Source: Schizochytrium sp. TIO01 (Eukaryota; Protista; Bigyra: Labyrinthulomycetes). From it: a stretch of DNA of 60,536 nt. Both the position numbers and the translations under genes were made by a program. The stretch is taken from the NCBI GenBank assembly GCA_004764695.1, contig SMSO01000012.1, positions 1 through 60,536 on the forward strand, written 5' to 3'. Within the stretch, counting starts at the first letter, position 1. Every line of letters begins with the position of its first letter. The notes under the pieces are model-generated. The model was not told the DNA's origin. It ran no database searches and was given only the letters and a program-made list of their open reading frames with translations. Positions 47,801 to 60,536 of this stretch are shown here, piece after piece.

Positions 47801-50800
47801 GAGCCTCTTTTTTCGCTTAGCTATAAATTGCCGATCTCGTTCGCCATCTTAGACTCGCGAGCTCCTCCCATTAGATATTTCGCTGGCGTTTGGTATCCAT
47901 ACTTTATCGGATTGTCGAGCCAATGGCACATGTGTCACATTTTGCATTCATAGAATTGATGAATGCAGAGTTAGGAATGTCTGTGAGTGGTCCTCAGCAC
48001 TTTCGAACTTGGCAAGAACTCACAGTGTTCTTTATCCTTGTAACAGGAAATTCAGAGTGCAGACATGACTAGGAAGGGTTACCTGGATAACAGTAGTCAG
48101 GTGTCAAATAGTATGTAGTAGGTAGGTAACCTACCTACTGTTGGGTTGAACGTCCTTTCGAAAATCTGTTTCGTGGCACATATTTTGAAAATCGAAAATC
48201 CAGAACAACAATGCTTCTGCATATGGTTTTGAGTTATAACATCTTTTAGAATGCTCACTTAAATACTAATTATATGCTTTGCAGGGCAGGCGTAAGCAAA
48301 GAAATGCTCTTCGCAACTATAGGCATTTTGTTTTCACCAGCTTGCTTTGAATGATTAATCCATTAACTACAAAACTCAGCTATTTAAGTTGTAGTGAACC
48401 CCAGTTGAGACTAAAAGAAGTGCAATTGCATATGGAGAGTAGTGTAATGTTATTGTTGTTTACCTAAGTGATAGTAGAAGTTAGTAGGCGACATTCTCTA
48501 ATCGATGCAGTGTTCTTAAATCTATCTGCCCCCTCAAAAATTACAAGGGGCGAAATATAAAGAAGACAACAGACGATTGTAGGCTGAAAGGCGAGTAAAA
48601 TTGTGATGCAACTGGCCAGTAATTCGCTCTAGTTAGATTTTACTCAGCTGATATGTAAATAATGTTCGGACCCGTGCGGGCCACAGCACGACCCAATGCA
48701 AAGGTCTCTGACTCGCTGCACTCGTAGCGGATGGCATTTTACGTACATATACAATCGATCAACAACTTGGCAAATGTTTTACAAGGTCTGCTTTAGCACC
48801 AAGAAGAAATGTTGATTCGTGCCTGTACCTGCGTCGCAATCTCTACGCCGATGTTACAAATTCACTTGGCTTTTTAAATGGTAGAACTTGTTGAGAGAGA
48901 CGAGACACGTATTCTCGCTCAAGGTATAACGCAACCGTTTTATTTATGTTTGCCATAAGCATTGATTGATTCTTCTTTTAGATCTACAAGGGTTTCTCTT
49001 TAAAATCTCTTTTCTAGCGGAATGAGTATAGCATATGGGAAAATAAATTCTTAATTTGATCTTGGTGAAATCCTTTCTTGAGATCTTGAGCTTTTTAAAA
49101 TCTCGTTTCCATATGCTTTCTTTACGCCAGAATGGCCTTCAGTCCATGTTTTGCTTCTGTTGCTTGTGTTGCTGTCTACTATCAGTGATGCTGATGTGTT
49201 TCTTCGTGTGAGTGCTCAGTGGAGATGAGAGAAAAATGAAACGCTAATCCCCCACAAAGAATTAAGAATTAAAAATTAATTAATGTTTTAGGTACTGTAG
49301 ATTTTTATTTAAAACAGATATTTTTTTAATGTTTTTTAAAGTACAATATGAAAAAAAGAAATGATAAATAAAACAAATAAACGGCAGTTAAACTGACTGT
49401 GAGCGTTTCCATCGCAATATGGCGTATCGTGCCAAGAAGGCAGTACAGAGCCACATCAGCCCCGAGATGCTCGTTCCTTCCGGTCTCTCTAGCTCCGCTC
49501 AAAGCTTGCAGGGCCACAGTGGCCATGCCAGAAGAAGAGCTTTCTCCTGCCCTAGCTTGCTTGACCTGGAAACTGGCATGTGTGCGTGCAAGCAACAACG
49601 AACGCCCAACAAAAGAAGCCAAAATGTTTTTCATCAAACTAAAAATAAAAGTAGCAAATGAATCACTAAAACCTTCTTAGCTACTGTTCTAAAACGCCCA
49701 GTACTACGAGTCCAAAGCCAAAACACGCGACATTACAGAAAACACGGAGTTCCTGAGCTATGCATCATTTTGCGACCCCCCGGGTCTCGCAGGCCAAAGC
49801 TGCAGTCGGCGTTTTATCGTCTACCCAGGTACCCAGTTCTTCGTAATTTTACAAAAACAAATGGGAACATGATGCAATCAATGCATTCATGCACTGCAAG
49901 TAAATCGATTATACCTATTCGTTGTGGCGTTTGTCTGGTCTTGGATGGCAAGGCAAAGGCTGCCTTGGAGTTTTCTTATAACGCGAATACTGAATTGATA
50001 CTCAATTTTCGATGTTCGATTTTCGTCTCCAGGCTCCGAGCTTTTCAACCCGCCTCCCAAGACCTGTTGGTGATATCGCTGCCTTGAACTCTTGAAACCA
50101 ACAATAGCAAAGCCAAGTCGGACCAGGTTGGTCGAGATGGAATCCAAAACGAATGTAATGCTCGCATGATTTAAGAATCTCGATCGTTTTCATAAAACTA
50201 CAATGATAACCAACTCGATGAGTGCGAGATTTTTAACTCTTCAGGCACTACATGAAACCTGGTAAAGTGAGGAGTCCATACGTTGTTGAACTCACAACAG
50301 CCGCAAACCAAAAGACTCATACGCGTGGTAGATGGCGGAGTGCCGTCGTAGGCGTTTAGCGAGACTTTGACGGCGTGTGTGGCATACTGTCGAACCTCAG
50401 ATTTGATCTGTTTCTACCGCACCTCTTATTCATTGAATTTTTATTTTGATAGAGTAAAATGCACTAAAAACATCCCAACTCTAAACAGGTCAGCGAGGGA
50501 ACTAGGAACCCACAGCCGTCTCCATATGCTCCAGCTCACACTCTTTCATTGAAGATACTGCATACGCACGTATTACCCACAACAAGAACTCTCTCAGCAC
50601 CGGCATTGGTCTCAGTCCAAGTTTGTCGCGATGTAATGATTGCACAATATTTTAAATTAAAATAGACGCGAAGAGGTTATAACTTTGATAAATCATTATT
50701 TAGTCTTTAATTACACCTATTTTTTTAATTGATAAAAATAATAATAAGTAAATAGAGGCACTGCTGAGTTAATGCTATTCAAGGCCTAATGAGTGCTACA

Positions 50801-50897
50801 ATAGGAAAAGACTTGGGACTTATCTTATTATTTTTGTTTCCACCACGATCAACCATAATTATCGTGAAATGAAACATTCAAGAAAGGTCAAATTCGG

Positions 50898-51813
50898 GTG
50901 ATTCACGAGGGCTCTGTTGCAGGATTCCTCCAACGCCCTGTTGAATGTGAAAGAAACTTCGGGGAAGCGAGGAATGAGCCAGTTCGACAGGCCCAGATCG
51001 CTCGCGAACGGAGAGTAAAAGTCAGAGCGTGTATCAGTGTACATACACCTTTATACATGAATGAATTCATTGGATTATAACCTGGGTTGCAACACTTTGG
51101 AGTAAAGAAACAGCGGCTCTCTGCGCTAGAACGGATTGAAATTAATCAGAATCAACAACGTGAAAAGCGCGAACAGGAGGATGAAAACCAAGATCTGCAT
51201 CAGCACTCCGTATTAGTTCTTTCGCGTCTTCTAAATCTAGCACCATTGTACACGGGTGATATCGGAATTGCGTGGCCAAATTTATCGTTGCCTTTTCCTA
51301 AATATGCGCAAGACCGGGTAAAAACTTTTCTTTGTGCAAATAAGCATCAACTTCTGTCGTCAGCAAATCCCCAACGCTTGCTGCCGTTAAAGCTGGTTTC
51401 TTCAATTGCGAGATCTTCGCAAACGCAATCGACTGCTTTTAGTCCATTGCATCGCATATATTTGCACATACTCACCTACTTTCGCCATTCTTGAAGCTCA
51501 ATATTATGCACTGTCAAGGCTGATAAGAACCAGTTTGCGAGGTCATCACGGAAGTCCATCCTCCGCGAAGAGGCGCTCCAGGACAAGCTCCTCTCGTGCG
51601 TGTGCGCGTACAACGTGGCGGGAAGCTTTTCGTACTGTGTTTCCCAACAATTCCAGGGCAAACAAAATTTTAATTAATATTGAACCGGGCAGTCCCAGCG
51701 AAAAGAAAGTAGAGAACTGCGCTTCTAAAGTGGCATTCGGCCTAGCTGCATACGTGGCAGCGAGAGAATTGGGGAAGACTAACTTCGTTTGCCAGGGGCC
51801 ACCGAGGCTCTAA
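50898..51813 (+). pseudogene. Possible decayed gene of unknown function
   Basis: ORFs 50898..51080 and 51087..51494 are in one frame, split by a single TAA, and are overlapped by 51406..51813 in another frame. The composition is protein-like. Confidence 0.3.
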
Positions 51814-52073
51814 TCTTTGGGCGAATCAGGCAATCAGATTGGTTTGCGAAAGCTTGTTTCCATAAAACGAAAGACAACAGAAAACAAAACGCCTTAAAGT
51901 TTTCATTAAACAGAGGAAAAAATACATAAAAAGAACAACATAAGAAGAGTCACAAAGGAATCCCCCGAGTAAAAGTAAAAGGAGAATCAAATCGATTTCT
52001 TTCTGAAAAGCCCGGCGCGAAGCACGGCCGATCGCGGTTCCTGGCTCCGCGGCAGGCCAGTCCCGCCCTTATC

Positions 52074-54164
52074 ATGGCTTCGGGGGTTCCGATAGTGGCG
52101 TGGGAAGCCCTCGTTGCTGATGACGACGGCAGCAACTGGCGCACGGGTTTCCTTAACACGATCGTCGACGACGGCCCAAACGGAGAAGACCAGCGAGGCG
52201 AGCAACCCTGCCACGACCAGTCTCTTCATGAAACAAACAGACCTGCGAGGACTATAGGCAACAGCCAGTGCGAGCTTGTCACCCTTGGCCGCAACGCACG
52301 GAACATTAGTGACAGTCACAGCAGCAGCTTGCCGGAAACACCAGTGTTTTACCATAACGAAGAGGGCAGCGCACAAGATGGGTACTATGGCGCTTTTGGA
52401 ATACCCCCAAATCAAATGGGCTGTAGCAGTGTAATGGATGCGGACGAATCTACTGCAACCGGTGCCCTTGAGGGATTTGAGACTCGGATCAGGTCCATTA
52501 ATGAGTCAAAGTTCGAGGCTAAGGCCGTCAAAAAGACGAAGAACTTGAAAGAAAAAACTTGTTTATCTACACAAGGATCTGCATTTGAGCAGCTCAATGG
52601 ACAAAAGAATTTGTCTGCAATTGAGATGAGAACAAAAATTGGTATCAAAAGAAGAAGAACTGCATTCAAAAGAAGCAGTAGCAGCAACTCGGGGCGAAGA
52701 TGTGGTGACGGATTCAAATATCAAGGTGATGATAGTGAGGACGACGCCGAGGACGACGCCGAGGATGATGAAGACGATGATGAGGAGCATGGAAGCGCAA
52801 AGGTTGGAAAATCCAAGCCAAAACGTGTGAACAACGCTGAATCGTGCAGAAGGAGAAGACTTCGACGCAAGGCAGATGAAGCGTCGCTGAGGCGCAACGT
52901 GACGAAACTTGAGAGCGACCGCGAATTGTATTTGATGAGGATTGCGGAGCTTCAACTGGAGGTGGACTCCCTGCAAATGTCATGCGAAGTGAATTTACAG
53001 CACGAAAATGATCTTCTGAGGACTGAAATTGCGACACACAAATCATATGTAGCTAGAATTGTCCAGGCGATCTCGAAACAGCCTGGGATGCTAGTTGAAG
53101 AACAGATACGACTAGTCTCCGCTGCCACTAACGATGCAGTTGCACAGCTCACAGGCATGGTTCATGTTTCACTTGCATGGCCTCTAGTTTATGCTAACCA
53201 ACACCCAACAGGTATGGAAATGCAAGTCTATATGGACTTCCTACCAAAGATGGTCTCTACTCTTGAGAAGCAACGAATCAATATTCGCTTTGAGATTTAT
53301 AACGCACAACTTTCTGCCGAAAATCTTCACACCTGCCTATCGCAGCTTTGGCTTGCCAACGATCACTTCCCGCCCCTGCACGGCGCAAGGCTGCAATCGT
53401 CACCGGCATCGCCTTGGCAATTTTCGAACCTTTCTGCTTTTGATACAACTGTTGGTAGAATCAAGAACAGTAAAACTAGCCTGATGAAATGCTCTCGAGA
53501 TCTTCTTCCTAGAGCATCAAGTCCACTCGAGTTCACATTAGCAACCTCTCTCACCCGGTCTGATCTCGTCCCATCCGCCTTTGTTATCAGGCGCCCCGCG
53601 GGAAATTACCCCCAAATCGCTCAACAGTCTTTGTTCCAAACGGTCGACTCCACACTGTCACACCATGCAAATAAGGTCACTCTACCAGGTAAATTTGGAG
53701 CTTCAAATCAACCTTCGAAATTGCAAGCGCGATCTCTGCAGCAACCAATGCAATCAAAGCAACGGCAAAACCCTTCTTCCACGATGATATCTAAAGTAAA
53801 TTCGTCAGGAGCAAATCGGCAAGCTCAACTGCAATTGGTGGAGCCTGGTGTTGTGCGCTGTTATATCCATGCAAGCTTATCATGCGATAAAGAATTAGAA
53901 CGCGCTGGAGCGATAAACACCAGTACACTGCAAAGCAAGGTTGTTTTCGGCCACGTTGTAACGCCTGGAGCTAACCCGACTGTCTCGCATTCTGTTTCCG
54001 CCTTCTCTTATCCTCTAGGAGCCTTTTCGGATTACTTGTCAATGGACCAGGTTGTGAGACCAGACAATTCGCTGACAGATCTCAGCCGTCAAGTTTTCAC
54101 TGCTCACTTTGGGCGCATTGCACAAGAGATCTTCTATTTCACAGATTCGATGCAGTGCACATGA
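52074..54164 (+). CDS. bZIP transcription factor with putative START-like domain carrying a Q/S-rich insertion (copy 10)
   Basis: 696-aa ORF with NNAESCRRRRLRRK plus zipper, and an acidic tract before the basic region. Confidence 0.92.
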   Translation: MASGVPIVAWEALVADDDGSNWRTGFLNTIVDDGPNGEDQRGEQPCHDQSLHETNRPARTIGNSQCELVTLGRNARNISDSHSSSLPETPVFYHNEEGSAQDGYYGAFGIPPNQMGCSSVMDADESTATGALEGFETRIRSINESKFEAKAVKKTKNLKEKTCLSTQGSAFEQLNGQKNLSAIEMRTKIGIKRRRTAFKRSSSSNSGRRCGDGFKYQGDDSEDDAEDDAEDDEDDDEEHGSAKVGKSKPKRVNNAESCRRRRLRRKADEASLRRNVTKLESDRELYLMRIAELQLEVDSLQMSCEVNLQHENDLLRTEIATHKSYVARIVQAISKQPGMLVEEQIRLVSAATNDAVAQLTGMVHVSLAWPLVYANQHPTGMEMQVYMDFLPKMVSTLEKQRINIRFEIYNAQLSAENLHTCLSQLWLANDHFPPLHGARLQSSPASPWQFSNLSAFDTTVGRIKNSKTSLMKCSRDLLPRASSPLEFTLATSLTRSDLVPSAFVIRRPAGNYPQIAQQSLFQTVDSTLSHHANKVTLPGKFGASNQPSKLQARSLQQPMQSKQRQNPSSTMISKVNSSGANRQAQLQLVEPGVVRCYIHASLSCDKELERAGAINTSTLQSKVVFGHVVTPGANPTVSHSVSAFSYPLGAFSDYLSMDQVVRPDNSLTDLSRQVFTAHFGRIAQEIFYFTDSMQCT

Positions 54165-56489
54165 CCAAGTCCTGATCTGGGATGAATCTCTTTCCTTTCA
54201 TGAACTTTGTTTTCAATCCGCAGTTGTGTTGTTCCGCCCGTTTTGTTCAACATTTTCTCGTTTGCCTCAGAACTAGAAATTAATACAGGGAAAGGGTAGC
54301 CAAATGCTGTGTTTTGGTTCTCGTATCTACGATTCTGAAAGTGTGTTGTAAATTTTGTTGGATCTCTCGGAAAGGGTATGCGGTCACCCCACGAGCGGAG
54401 AGCCCTTCAGAAGTTTCGATTTTGGCCTTTGCTTTACATTTATGTATTAGAAATCTATTTGCAGATTAAGTTTAGCGTTTGAAGTGGTCAGACAAAGAGG
54501 TCTTTTCCATAGAAAACACAGACTTTCTTCTTTAGAACTCCAAAACATAGAAGCAACCCAAGTTAACATATTGTGAATATTTTTTGTTACAGGATAGGCT
54601 TTTGTCTGTCGTAATGGTTGGTTGCCACTGTTAGGGATCCCAGGAGCTCGATCCGAAAAGACACTAAGAGTGGCGCCGGCGAGAACATGCATTTTGGGGT
54701 ACACCAAGATTGCCTTTGTGGGGGAGCAACTGTGTTGTCTTTATTTGCAATCTTTCTCATGGATCCTTGATAGTTGCCTACATGCCGATATAGTTTCCTG
54801 GTTATGGAGCGAGCTCTGTAATGTGGATAAAATTATGGGAATATAAGCTGCCAAGATTTTGCTTTATCTTCTGTTTGCTCCTAGTGATCATGTAGATCAC
54901 GCTAATTCGTCAAAGGGAGGAGAGCAAAGAAAGACTGATCATGGAAGGAGTCCATGTTTGTATGGTAGTGTATGATGGGGAAATATTATCGTGTATCCAA
55001 TGTTAAGCGCAGCACAATAGCTCTGCTCCTATATTAGATGTGATCAATCGCGCCATTTTCGTTATCTTCACTATCTTCACAACTGCCGGTAGTGTGTTGC
55101 ATGTAGACCAGATGAGTTAGGTACCAACCGTTTCATCATTGTTCAAGATATCTAAAAGAAAATGTCTACTTTACCTGGCCTCATTGAAATCAGACTTTCT
55201 CGTGTCACTTTTGGTAGACGATAATCATGCCCGCATTCATTTCCATCGCGATTGTGAACCGCGAAGATGATAACAGCTATGAAATGTTTCATACAGGTGT
55301 CAGGTTCACGATACAGAGCCTACCATCCCGATGTTGCCTTATGTATTTTAAGAACTGGTGTTCTATGCTGGGAGTTAATTCTTCTTGAACTTAAACCAGA
55401 AATATTTTATTTCAAAACAAACACCAATTTCATTTTCCCCTGGTCTATTTTCTCGTTATTCTCAGGGACTATATCTTTATTTTAGTTAAAATGCACCATA
55501 TTGTATTTATAGTTAATATATTCCTATCGTAAAATGACGGTCTCACTTTTAAATTCCCTAGCCTGGCAGGTTGAAAACTCTCGTTGGTGAAGAGTGAAGA
55601 GCTCTGAGGAGGTTAATCTTAAAACCCTTTTACTTGCTCTCAATCATCGCTCGAGGTTTGTACCGTCGAATGCTCTTCTTTCGTAAATAGGATTTGTTCG
55701 TTTTACAAAACATGAAGGCTTGAACCAAAAGGGGTCGCACCTCGCTTTCACTTCTCCAGCATCCTTTGACGTCTTGCATTTGAGCTCTTGACGTCCGAAG
55801 CCATTTGCTCCCGGTGCGCTTCTTCGTCCGCGATCACTCTACATAGTTGGACTGTACACCCTCATCCCATTAATGAACACTTGTATCGCCGCGTTCATTT
55901 GAAGTGCATTCCTGTCTCAAAGTAAAGGAGACTCCTCACACCAAGAAAAAAGGCAACCACGCGACTTTAAAAACCCTGTTGAAGTTTTTGCGCTTCGATA
56001 AAGCTGCCAGGTGCCCTAAAACTCCATCTTCAAACCCTGAAGATGTCTACATCCTACCAACATCAAAGTATCCGAGTACTGTAACTTTAAAATAAAATAA
56101 TTCAATATAATAAAAAACATATAGAACGAGGAGCATATGGAAAAGTGTAAGAAAAAAGGGCCAGACTCGCAACGGAGATCTCCCCGATGCGCTCGTCGCG
56201 ACCGCGACCGCGGCCAGAGCCGCCCCATGCTCATCAAGCACCTATTTCAGTTTCCTCTTCATCTCAGTGGCCTGAATTGTGGCCGATGGCAGCAAGCGGA
56301 CACGCCACACGCGCCATGCCAAGGTTCACGACACCTAGACCGCCGTTCCTGCCCGCGGTGATGCAGCCGGGGCCACCCCAAAGCTATCCCGAATTCCAGC
56401 AACATGCTCTAAACGGCCACGCAGGGCTGATGCACCACTGAGTACCTTGGTACGGTCCTCCTATAGTGGCAGAAACCCCAGGAATCGTC

Positions 56490-58082
56490 ATGAAACATTA
56501 CAACGGAGGCAGCAATGTTGGCGTTCATAACGAGAACTTGAAAGCAAACGTGACAAAGAAACGAAGAAACTCGCCGAAAAGGTTGGCGGAGACGCATCGA
56601 ACTCCGAAAAGAAGGCGACCAGGAGACTATAAATGTATTGTGGATGCAGAGTTCTTACCGACTTCGGAATCTATGACCTGGACGACCTCTCCAACAGGGC
56701 TCAATTTGGGCCCTTCGAAGACGAAAGCGATTCCCGAAACAACGATAAGGGAAAGAAAACCAGAAACAACAATAAATCCGACGTTACCCTCAAAAGCGAA
56801 AAAGTCGTCATATTCTGTGTCTAGAAAAGGACAGGAGATGAATAAAGTGAAAAGGGAGATAACGAAAACGGTGAACTCACGAAATGCTGAAGCTTGCCGC
56901 AAACAACGTGAGAAGCGTAAGGAAGCTGAAAATGAGCTAAGAAAAGCGAATCAAGAATTGGAGGAGTCACGAGAGCTTTATCTTAGGCGCATTGCGGACC
57001 TTCAGTTTGAGGTAGATGTGCTTTCACTGGGATGCCCTATGGATCTAGTTCAACAGAACAAATTGCTGCGTAAGGAAATTCGGATCTACAAGGCAGTACT
57101 TGGCGATATTAAGAATGCTGTTGTGGATCATCCTGGTATACTTGTAGAAGAGAGTGTACGCTGCTGCAAAGGTATTATAGAAAGCTCGCAAACACAGGTC
57201 TTAGGCATGGCATGCACCTCTCGCACATGGCCACATTTATGCACAATTAGCTCATTAAATGGGATGCCCATGCGCATATCCGCTGAGCTATTACCTAAAC
57301 ATGTTGCTCACAATGAGGTTCAACGTGTTAACCTCCGTTATGAGGTCCTAAATGTTCAAGCGGAGGCATCGGATCTGCATGTGCTACTACAAAAGTACTG
57401 GCTCAACGAAGTTCTTGCTCACACCATTGACTCCACACGTGGTGCCTCACACGTGCAGAATGGCGACAAGATCCCTAACAGAGAGAAGCCTCCTCAAATG
57501 AATGAAGCAAGGAAGATGCCTATAACTTGGCGGTATGAAGAATTGGACGCTGACGCAATATTAGGCCGCGAAGTCCGGTCTGTACTCGTAACTGATAACT
57601 TGCGTCTCTTTGAAATTCAGGAGCACCATCGTGGAGTAGCAAATGGCAATTCACCCATCATGACGTCCAGCAAAAAGCTGAGATTCCAACCTGATGTCCT
57701 TTCATGTCAATCTACAAACAGCTTTGCGAACGCTCGCAAGACTCATGAACCTGCACAGATTCTTTCATCTGAAGAAAGCTCCTTTATTTACAGCAGCATG
57801 TCTTGCGCTGCAGAGTTGAAAAAAATCAATATTCCCATGAAGAACACTCTGGTGTCTAAATTTATTCATGGGCATATAACGATACCAGCGCCTTCTTTGA
57901 AAGGATCCCCTAGGTCTCATTTCGTTGCTGTGTTTTCGCTTCCTGCTGGAGAGTTTGCAATCATGCGATCTCTTCGGGACATGATCAACCCAGATGGTTC
58001 TGTAACCGAACCGTACAAGCATATTTTTCATGCGCACCTGGACTTTGTCGCTAATCAAGTTCCACGGCTCTCAAAAAAATAG
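56490..58082 (+). CDS. bZIP transcription factor with putative START-like domain (copy 11)
   Basis: RNAEACRKQREKRK, zipper and C-terminal domain. ATG 56490; the same frame extends back to ATG 56187 across a single TGA (56439-56441). Confidence 0.9.
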   Translation: MKHYNGGSNVGVHNENLKANVTKKRRNSPKRLAETHRTPKRRRPGDYKCIVDAEFLPTSESMTWTTSPTGLNLGPSKTKAIPETTIRERKPETTINPTLPSKAKKSSYSVSRKGQEMNKVKREITKTVNSRNAEACRKQREKRKEAENELRKANQELEESRELYLRRIADLQFEVDVLSLGCPMDLVQQNKLLRKEIRIYKAVLGDIKNAVVDHPGILVEESVRCCKGIIESSQTQVLGMACTSRTWPHLCTISSLNGMPMRISAELLPKHVAHNEVQRVNLRYEVLNVQAEASDLHVLLQKYWLNEVLAHTIDSTRGASHVQNGDKIPNREKPPQMNEARKMPITWRYEELDADAILGREVRSVLVTDNLRLFEIQEHHRGVANGNSPIMTSSKKLRFQPDVLSCQSTNSFANARKTHEPAQILSSEESSFIYSSMSCAAELKKINIPMKNTLVSKFIHGHITIPAPSLKGSPRSHFVAVFSLPAGEFAIMRSLRDMINPDGSVTEPYKHIFHAHLDFVANQVPRLSKK

Positions 58083-59938
58083 TGGAAGCAAGATCTCATC
58101 ATGAGCTATTGTTTTCGCTTGTATCATGCGTTGAGTTCTATTTAATGTTAAATATTTCTTATGCTGTGTTCTAGTTAATCTCACTCTCATCCTAGTACTT
58201 GCAGGGAGGAAACCCAATTGTATTACTCGTTTCAAGCAAACTCTGCTAATATGATGATCTTTCAGCATCTCATACTTGTGTTGAATGTGTTAATCTTTTC
58301 AAATGAGCTGGTTGCATGTAGGTGTTTGATATCATTTCGATGTCCTAAAATTTTTTATAGAAAATAGAGCGGTAAATTCTCATTCTATATACTTTCTTCA
58401 ATAGCATTTTAATTTCTGATATCAAAAAGGTCGCAAACGTTCATTGCTAAATGACTAATATCCATTTCCCAAGTAGAAAGAAGATCACTTTATATAGATA
58501 AATTTTTTATTTGCGAAGTTCTTGGCAAGATGGCTGATCTCTTGCAAATTTGACAGTAGGGGTGCGTCTAGCTTGAAATTGGAACCTGTATATATGTCTC
58601 GTTCACATACCACTCACTTAATGTAAAGGTATAGACAAGGCAATCCATGCTATCCTTGATTGAAGGCTTATGTTATGGCGCGGGGGTGCACTGGGCACCT
58701 ATGTTCTGGTCAGGAGCTGCGTGTTCTGAGGTGATCATAGCTTTGAATTCTGGGGAAAACAACAAGGTCCACTTCTAAGGAATACGGCCACGGAACCGCC
58801 ATCCAAAGACCAACCCTTATCAGTTGTCTGACACCAGGCGCATGCTCCACTGATCTCCTCCCACCGCTTTCTCTACAATCTACAAATTTTCTTTGAAACA
58901 AAATTTTCTGTTTATCTGCCTGTCTCCCTGTTGACTATACCACATGTGACCTGCTTGGCTAGCACGCACTCAATGAACAGAGGGAAACGAATGTGGTCTC
59001 CAATCCCACATATCGCTGGCCTCGTCCTGCAGAACCTACAGCCTGCAGCGCTGCCGTCCACACCGCGGTGCCTCCGCCACTAGCTAGCTCCTTGCTGCCT
59101 CCCATTGCATGGAAACCTCGTGCGGCATCTCACTCACTCCCTTTCTTCTCAACAGCGGAGAAGTTGGTACTACTCTTCTCCACACAACGAGACTTTCCAA
59201 GGTGAACTAACCAATAGTTTTGTTTACTTACAACAGTTACAATAGCACGCCGAATTAGCTGACCAGGAACTCAGACTTGCATAAACTTCAATCCTACGCA
59301 CTCTGTATGTACTACCCTCGGCCTAAGACGTCAAGCTTCCGTTGACTTTGTTGCCGGCTTCAGCTCTTGCTGCTGTTTCCCTCCAGGGCTGCGAGAGGTA
59401 GGCATTCACTCCTACGCCGTTTGATTATCATCATCATCATCATCAGCAGCAGCAGCAGCAGCTTTTGACTGCAGCCAAACCAAAACGTGTGGCAAGAGGC
59501 ACCTTGACAGCGACCACCGCTGGGCTCAACGGGCTCCTCCGTGTGCTGCAGGCCTTGGGCTTTCCTTGGCTGCTCGCGCTCCACGATGGTACGATTGGAG
59601 CCAACCGTACCTCAATCACTCGATTCGCGCAGGAGCACTGATTGATTGCACTCGGAAAGGAAACCTCCAAATGAAAGCCTTCAGCTCACAACAAGTAATT
59701 CATCCATTTGGTACCCTCCCATATGTAGCCAACCCCGCTGCTGCTGCGACGCCTTCTTCGGCGCTGGCGCCGTGCGATCGATCGCTGCGGCGGCAGACCG
59801 CCTCGCATTGCATTCGCCTCGCTGTTGCAGAAGTACTACAGTTGCAGTTCTTCATTTCTTGCTCATTCATTCTCATGCAACAGCGCGTGGCACAAACCCA
59901 CACTTAGTGGACCCAAACCATACAAAGATAATAGATAG

Positions 59939-60149
<211 letters not shown>

Positions 60150-60349
60150 CATCGACTCGATGAAACCTTCGTGCAAAAGGGAGATTGATTGGTACGTAGG
60201 CGAAGACCAATCAACGCACGCCGCAGCAGGGACGCATGCCACGACGGAGAGCTTTGGCTTGGCTTGGCTTGGCTTGGCTTGGGTCTGCCCGGCCTAGTTT
60301 GGCCTCGTTTAGTTCATGATGAAGGAAGAGCTAGCTAGCTCTGCGCTGA

Positions 60350-60380
<31 letters not shown>

Positions 60381-60536
60381 GGCGAAATCGCCGCCTCATT
60401 TGCTCACTCAACTGTGGAGAACGAGATTTTCCGCCGAAGGTATTCGGTGTTCTTCGACGTTCTTTGGTGTTCTTGCGTTTCGTAGAAGAACGAAGAAGGA
60501 GCGAATGAGTGAATGAATGAGTGAATGACCTAACCT

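Noticed and set aside
48117-48139. Perfect 11-bp inverted repeat AGTAGGTAGGT-A-ACCTACCTACT
   Set aside because: It is built from the TAGG/CCTA simple repeat common in this sequence and is not associated with any element.

Overview
Eukaryotic, microsatellite-rich DNA with apparently intronless genes. The style suggests a microbial eukaryote such as a thraustochytrid or other stramenopile, which is inference only. The window is dominated by a tandem array of at least 12 paralogous transcription-factor genes: 11 complete ORFs plus the frameshifted 3' end of a 12th at the left edge. Each complete copy has a disordered N-terminus, a bZIP basic region (N-x7-R-x9-L, with an unusual Cys in 'NAEACR'), a bipartite zipper-loop-zipper and a conserved ~270-aa C-terminal alpha/beta domain. 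The motif layout of that domain resembles a START/SRPBCC (helix-grip) ligand-binding fold. One copy (43355-44875) has an acidic, Pro/Gly-containing segment in place of the basic region and looks like a natural dominant-negative partner. The window also holds an AT-rich island of two divergent disrupted ORFs (~0.8-3.6 kb), a shared promoter motif in the tight four-gene subcluster, possible uORFs, decayed gene fragments and many long microsatellites. I found no rRNA, tRNA, CRISPR array or recognisable transposase.
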